Source: Oopsacas minuta
Lineage: Eukaryota > Animalia > Porifera
DNA: 64,000 nt
Reading direction: 5' to 3'
Assembly: GCA_024704765.1 (NCBI GenBank)
Contig: JAKMXF010000022.1
Span: 883,055 to 947,054, forward strand
The position numbers were made by a program, and so were the translations under genes. Below, one piece after another: positions 58,307-64,000 of this stretch; position 1 is the first letter of the stretch; each line of letters starts with the position of its first letter. The notes under the pieces were generated by a model. It saw nothing but the letters and a program-made list of their open reading frames with translations, was not told the DNA's origin and did no database searches.

Positions 58307-61217
58307 TTGCTTATAGCTCAACCTTCAGTTAATCTTCAATCGGTTCAGTCTGTAAGACAGGAGTCTAAAGTTCAACAAATGCAAGTAGGAGTCCCTCTAG
58401 GCATCTCTCGCACACTGCCTAAACCAAGTCACTCAATTCCAACACCTCCTATCTCCAACAACCCTAGACAGGGTAGGAGGCGAAAAGAACGGTCGATGGA
58501 CCCTCCCTATGAGTTTAGGTACTAACATGGGTATTGTCTGCACCTAACATGATATGATACTGTTGTAATGAGAATCGTATTTTATTTATTACATGTAATA
58601 TCGCACAAGATTAGTCTAGTAAGCGATACCCTAAGGAGTTCAAATGGTGTAATTCACACTTAGTTTGTTTGGTCTTTGTACATTCGATTTGAAAAATACA
58701 TATCCTGATTAAAAATGCAGGAGTGTGCTGAGGGTACTTCAATGTGAATTCTTGGATTTGCCAAGTCTATAATATTAGATAGTGTCCCTTTAATTTATCA
58801 ACTTTGACTATTTTCAACTAACTGCTGTACTATTCAATATATAGTAATTGCGTTATTGTCTGAGTGCTATGTCGATAGTTACAATAACCAATTAATATCT
58901 TTATTCACATGTTAAACCGTATTTATTTCATAGTTTACTTGTGTAAAGTTAGAGTTTATTGGAAATGGTTACACATAAACCTTTGTTTTCTAAAATCAGA
59001 TAATTATTAGATTAATTATATATTTAATATCTAATTAAACTCTAATTGGAGAAAAGGATCATAATTGCATTAAACTAGACGAAACATGTTTATTGTAAAT
59101 TGTCAGATTCATACATAGTGACATTTGATACTTTTCTTTCGTAGAACTCTCACTGATGAAAGTGATAAGTACAGCCTCACGAAAGCTGTGTCAGCTCCAC
59201 TGAAATCAAACAAACAATACCATACTGATCAAGTTGCTTACAAAAGTCGGAGTTATGTAACAAAGAGGAATTCTTGGGATGAAGTTCGTGATAACACTCG
59301 TGTTTTACATTATTAGTATTTTAGTTTGGTAATAGTTATCCATCCCATACACACCAGATTCGCAAGGGTTACATAACATATGCATTTGTGGTTGAATTGT
59401 ACTGAATCAAATACAATTATTTAATACAGTCTACTCCGCTTGGCATGGCAAGCGCGGCCCGTCCCTTTGTGAAGTTATACGGCGAGAAATTTAATGTATT
59501 CGAATTTGGTCATGCGAAGCCGCAGAAGTTTCGTATACGTTCAGGCACTCATCACTAATAGCATTGTACGGATGGAATTTAACTTACAACCTGTTTACAA
59601 TGTGTACAGTTATATACGAAAAATAAAAAATCATCAAATTATTAACAAATTGTATATTTTCGAACAGACTGTATGGAACAGACAAAGGTGGTATACCAAA
59701 GCTAGCAATCATTAACGCAGTACCGTGCTTCGCCGCACCTTCCGTACCGAGTCTATATGGTTAAACTATCTATCCTATACCAAAACTTACCTAATTTCAA
59801 TGTTTATATGAATAAGATTGTATTCGGATTTCTATATTACTTATTACAATAATCAACTTTAAAATATAAAACATTTGTAGCGAATAGCAAATATATAAAT
59901 TATGACTGTTCGAAAGGGGTGCGTTCAAAGCAATGGGGGATAAGATCATTCAAACCTACCTAACCCCCTGTCTATGGCCGAATGAGCCTGCTAACCATGA
60001 AACATTACACTTATCCAATGTTTCATGGTTAGCACCTGGAAGTTGCACAGATGTTTATCTGAAAACGTATTATATCTATATCATATTTCAGGTCGCGAAT
60101 TCTTTTTAGGAAGTTGATCCTATCGGAAGCTACTTTTAAAACTGTACCTAATAATGTAATTTATCTATAAATTTCTTGTTTTACTGGTTATAATGTCTAA
60201 CGAGCATCTGGTAAATGCTTCGGACACTATACGTCAGATTTCCTGACAAAATATCAGTTTGCAGTTAATTCCTGTAAGTGTGCTATGTATTTTTGTTGAG
60301 ATTCTCTAGATATCATACATATGCTAATATGTATATTATCCTTAATTCATCTTCATCTCATTAATTTACAATTTAGGAGATATTTGTAATTTCATATTAA
60401 AGTACATATTTTGTAATTGCAGGTGAGTGAAATACCAGAAGATAACTCTCCTACACTTATAGACAGGACGGTAGAAACAGTTACAACTCCTCAAGATACA
60501 ATTACAGTAAGACTTTCAGGGGTAACAGCTCAGTCAATAGAAAATAATATCACTTCTCCACTCAAGTACGATATATTTCCTCAAGTAAGATTACTCATGT
60601 ATCAAAAAATAATGACTTACATTACAGTAATCGTACTGAAATTATGTATATTAATTGGGTAGTACAATTCATTCTGCTTTCTATCCTTTTGGGTATTTTT
60701 TGCGAATATTATATTTCCCTCTATTTATCATATACAAGCACACAATTATGAAAAATATTACACGCAGCCCTGCTCATGACGCAGATACATTTACACTACC
60801 AGAAACCAGTAATCCTCAATTGAATCCTGATACAGAACGGATGAATGTAAGAACACTCCAAACTTTGATTGACCATCTAAATTACATATATTTGTACTTA
60901 TTAGTTGTATGTTCAACGCAATGGAAACATCCCAGAAATTATAGCTACCCGGTCACTTAGTCCAGCTGTCCAGTTATCTCCCCGTGACACTCCCCATGGG
61001 ATACATTTCAATTCAACCAAGATTAACGATGGGTCAGTCAAATTCTTCTCTATATAGTTATTTTCAATATTATTTTTGTTATACACGCAAAATGAATTTA
61101 GAATTAATAGAATTATTTATTTATACATTTTTCAGGATTTATATTTTCGAAGAAATGAGTAGAGACCATGTTGAATACGAAAGAGATCTTCAGGAAGTTT
61201 ACATGATGAACTTCGCA
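57160..61217 (+). CDS. Unidentified multi-exon gene, S/T/P-rich and probably disordered; both ends unresolved
   Basis: Exons 57160-57321, 58317-58518, 59145-59283, 60423-60584, 60739-60846, 60905-61032, 61136-61217 have GT-AG borders, matching phases and no stops. Confidence 0.6.
58221..58305. repeat. (TAA)n microsatellite, about 28 units
   Basis: Read directly; ends about 10 nt before the acceptor AG at 58315-58316. Confidence 0.97.
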
Positions 61218-62380
61218 GTAAGGTCTGTTGCCGCAGTAATTTCCTTTGAAATGCGAACTTTCTGAGTAATATGATTTGTATTCAAAAATTTTTTCACAAA
61301 AATATGCTAATTAGGTTTGAAAGAAAGATTCAAAGATTTTGGCAAGAGGCTTTCGGTTGTTTGCGGTTATGCACAAGTTTTTTTACATTTTTCTTTCTTG
61401 AGTGTCTGCGTTTCTTTCTACGCCATCTATTTCAAAAACTATGCATCGGTTTGTTAATTATTTTCGCAGACCATGTGTGGAAGCCTCTCTTACAGTGCTG
61501 TTATAACGGCTGTATAATGCCAGGATGTGTATTATGTGCTAATACCAGCTCTTCATTTATGCAAGTATTGAAGCCAATATTAGGCTGTGTTTATAGCTTA
61601 CTGAGAGAGATGGGCAAGTGTTGTAGAAGTGTTCGGCTGTGTGAGAGTGTTTACCCTGGCAGCATGCATAAAGAATACACTCGTGTTAACGCGCATGATA
61701 TTTAAGCGATGTTATGCAATAATGTGTATATGACATTAACATTCAACATCATTCATAAACTACACATCATTGTATATTCGATATTATACTTTTCAACCCT
61801 GAACTCAATACGCCTTAAACTTATATAAATCTATCACTCACCTATAATTATAATTTTTATGAAAGACACGAGATATTATTAAACAAATCAAGGTCAGCAA
61901 TACACAATTACATTGCATTGTCTACCCTACGAGGTGCAATAACATGTCTAGGACATGTTTACTGATGTAATTTAACGATCTTGTCCATTGGTCTATAATT
62001 TGTGTTGTTCTTAGTTACGACCCCACTACCCTGAGTCACTGAATTTGCCCAGTTCATAGACTGTCTGATGTCTTGTAGCTTAAGTCATTCCAAAAATCAA
62101 ATAATTTATTCAATTATACCTAAATCAAATTTCAACTATAACAGAGACGCGGCATTGTTATGTGAATAACAAACATGGTGTTACAACAGACAATTATGAA
62201 GATGTAATTCACTTAATCCAGATAAAGTCTCAGTACCTAATACATTACAGGACTGACAGTTTATATGTATAATGTTACTCATTATGCTTAATATTTATTA
62301 ATTACTTGATAATTGGTCTAACAATGCTATCAGCCATTTTTACCATCAACAATACTCACTACTGTACCAAAAACTATATA

Positions 62381-63714
62381 CAAAGGGTATTCATTTAATT
62401 CGTAACTCTTAGAATATTTGTATTATATAAGTGAGATAAGCCTCAAATGCTACTATAAATGTTCAAAGTAGTCTCCCTTGTGCTCAACTACAAGCTTTAA
62501 ACGCTCTATCCACTTGAAAAATGTTTTTTTATAATCTTCTTGTGGTATGTCTCTGAGGTACCGTTGGATGGCCCTTCCAATTTGCATCCGTTCTCCAAAA
62601 ACTGTACCTGCTAGGTGTTTTTGAGCCCATCGAATAGCCAGAAGTCGCAAGGTGCTAGGTCAGGGCTATAGGGTGGATGTTCCAATTCCTCAAGACCTAT
62701 AGAAGCAATCTTTTCCTTGACTTCCTTAGATTTGTGCGGTCTGGCATTATCATGCAAAATTTTGATTCCTCTAAGACCCGTGGCTGGCCGACGTTCAATA
62801 TAATGTTTTTCGATTTCCGGAAGAACAACTGTTGCATAAAAGTGCCCGGTAACTGTTTGCCCCTTAGGAGTACAGATTTGGCAGACTGGACCGTGTGCAT
62901 CGAAAAATATGGTGTACATTACTTTGGTGGCCCAATGATCCAGTCTTGGTAGTGCTGGGGGAGAACTCCCTTTTACAATCCATACCTTGTTCTGTTCTTT
63001 GCGAGTTGGCTCTGAATATCTTATCCACGTTTCATCACCGGTACATATTTCAAATAGTCGCCTCTCATCACATTGATCATACTTTTCAAGCAGATTTTTG
63101 CAATTCTCACCCGGGTCTTCTTTTGAGTCTGATTCAACAAATATGGGACCCAACGTGAGCAAACCTTGGACATACCAAGATGCTTGGTCAGAATTGCATG
63201 AACACTTCCCGTTGACAAAGTTAGGCTGGTAGCTAACTGCTCTATCGTAATATGGGGATCAGAGTCACACATTTCAGCTACAAGAGCAATATTGTTTGGA
63301 GTGGTAGCAATTATAGGTTGCCCCATCCGAGGGTCATCTTCAACCGACACCCTACCTTCACGAAAACGTAGACTCCACTTCTTAACGGTTGATTCCGAAC
63401 AGGCCTCCCCACCATATACCTGTACTAAATCTTGGTGAATATTCCTTGGCGTATCGCCGAGTAATGAGCGGATTTTGATGTATGCTTTTTGTTCAAGTAG
63501 AAATTCATTAGATTTTGAAGCCATAAATTCCTCTGTGGTTGCTATAACCTATCTTCAAAAGGGTGTATGTCAAAAAATATCAAATCAATTTCCACAAAGT
63601 ATAGTGTCCTAAATAGACGAAAATCTAAGCTATAAATTAGATGCAAATAGTAAATACATGTGGTTAAACAATAATAGCAATAGCTAGGGTTACGAACTAC
63701 TTGAAATCCCTTTG
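62381..63714 (-). mobile_element. Mariner (DD34D) transposon, 1334 bp
   Basis: TA flanks; imperfect TIRs caaagggtattcatttaattcgtaac vs caaagggatttcaagtagttcgtaac; transposase motifs WVPYLL, TGDETW, HDNARPH, YSPDLAPCD (34 residues between catalytic Asps). Confidence 0.92.
62453..63524 (-). pseudogene. Mariner transposase split by two -1 frameshifts (357 aa if restored)
   Basis: Three overlapping ORFs join by adding one A at 63095-63099 and one A at 62618-62622; no internal stops after repair. Confidence 0.88.
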
Positions 63715-64000
63715 TATTAATAATCGACTTTTCATTGTAAACATTTATCATTTATATATCACAAAACTTCAGAAATTGAAATGATAAGTTCAATCGTTGA
63801 TAATTTACCAAAATTAGCAATTGGTCAGTTTTTAAAATTTTATCTGCCAACTCTTACTTAATTTATTTATTCAATAGATTCTCTCCTTAGATTAAATAAA
63901 ATATTATCATTGATTATAATTAATAACTGATACATTATATATACACTGAGTGCGTCTTTGAGAGTAATAATTGATATGAATTTATACAATTACTGTATTT

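Noticed and set aside
61271-61705. 144-aa plus-strand ORF
   Set aside because: Composition (Phe/Cys/Leu-rich) looks non-coding; lies in a predicted intron; probably decayed TE sequence that I could not classify.

Overview
Eukaryotic, AT-rich, gene-dense and intron-poor nuclear DNA from an animal. Gene content and style suggest a non-bilaterian such as a glass sponge (Hexactinellida, e.g. Oopsacas); this is inference, not a database match. About 19 protein-coding loci: the 5' part of TTC21B/IFT139, a 13.5-kb uninterrupted DNAH2 ORF, a C/EBP-like bZIP, OSTM1, COMTD1, DPM1, ACADM, RPS20, AP4M1, a frameshifted coiled-coil+NHL gene, a STYXL1-like pseudophosphatase, a SAT-like acetyltransferase, IMMP1L, an ODF3/SHIPPO protein, ATP6V1C, a MITE-disrupted SERHL, a GPR157-like GPCR, FARS2, IGBP1 and an unidentified multi-exon gene. 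Intergenic and intronic DNA holds hAT, PIF/Harbinger and Tc1/mariner MITEs, a Helitron-like family, a Mutator-like relic and a near-complete DD34D mariner. Most notable signals: (i) splice-acceptor-like AGs just upstream of many start codons, plus a 103-nt SAT-IMMP1L spacer, consistent with spliced-leader trans-splicing/operons or retained 5'-UTR introns; (ii) extensive intron loss; (iii) a C/EBP with Lys at the invariant Asn; (iv) a Helitron-like family ending in CTCG; (v) an inverted repeat enclosing a coding-like KPA/KPV 9-bp array. No rRNA, tRNA or CRISPR could be supported.
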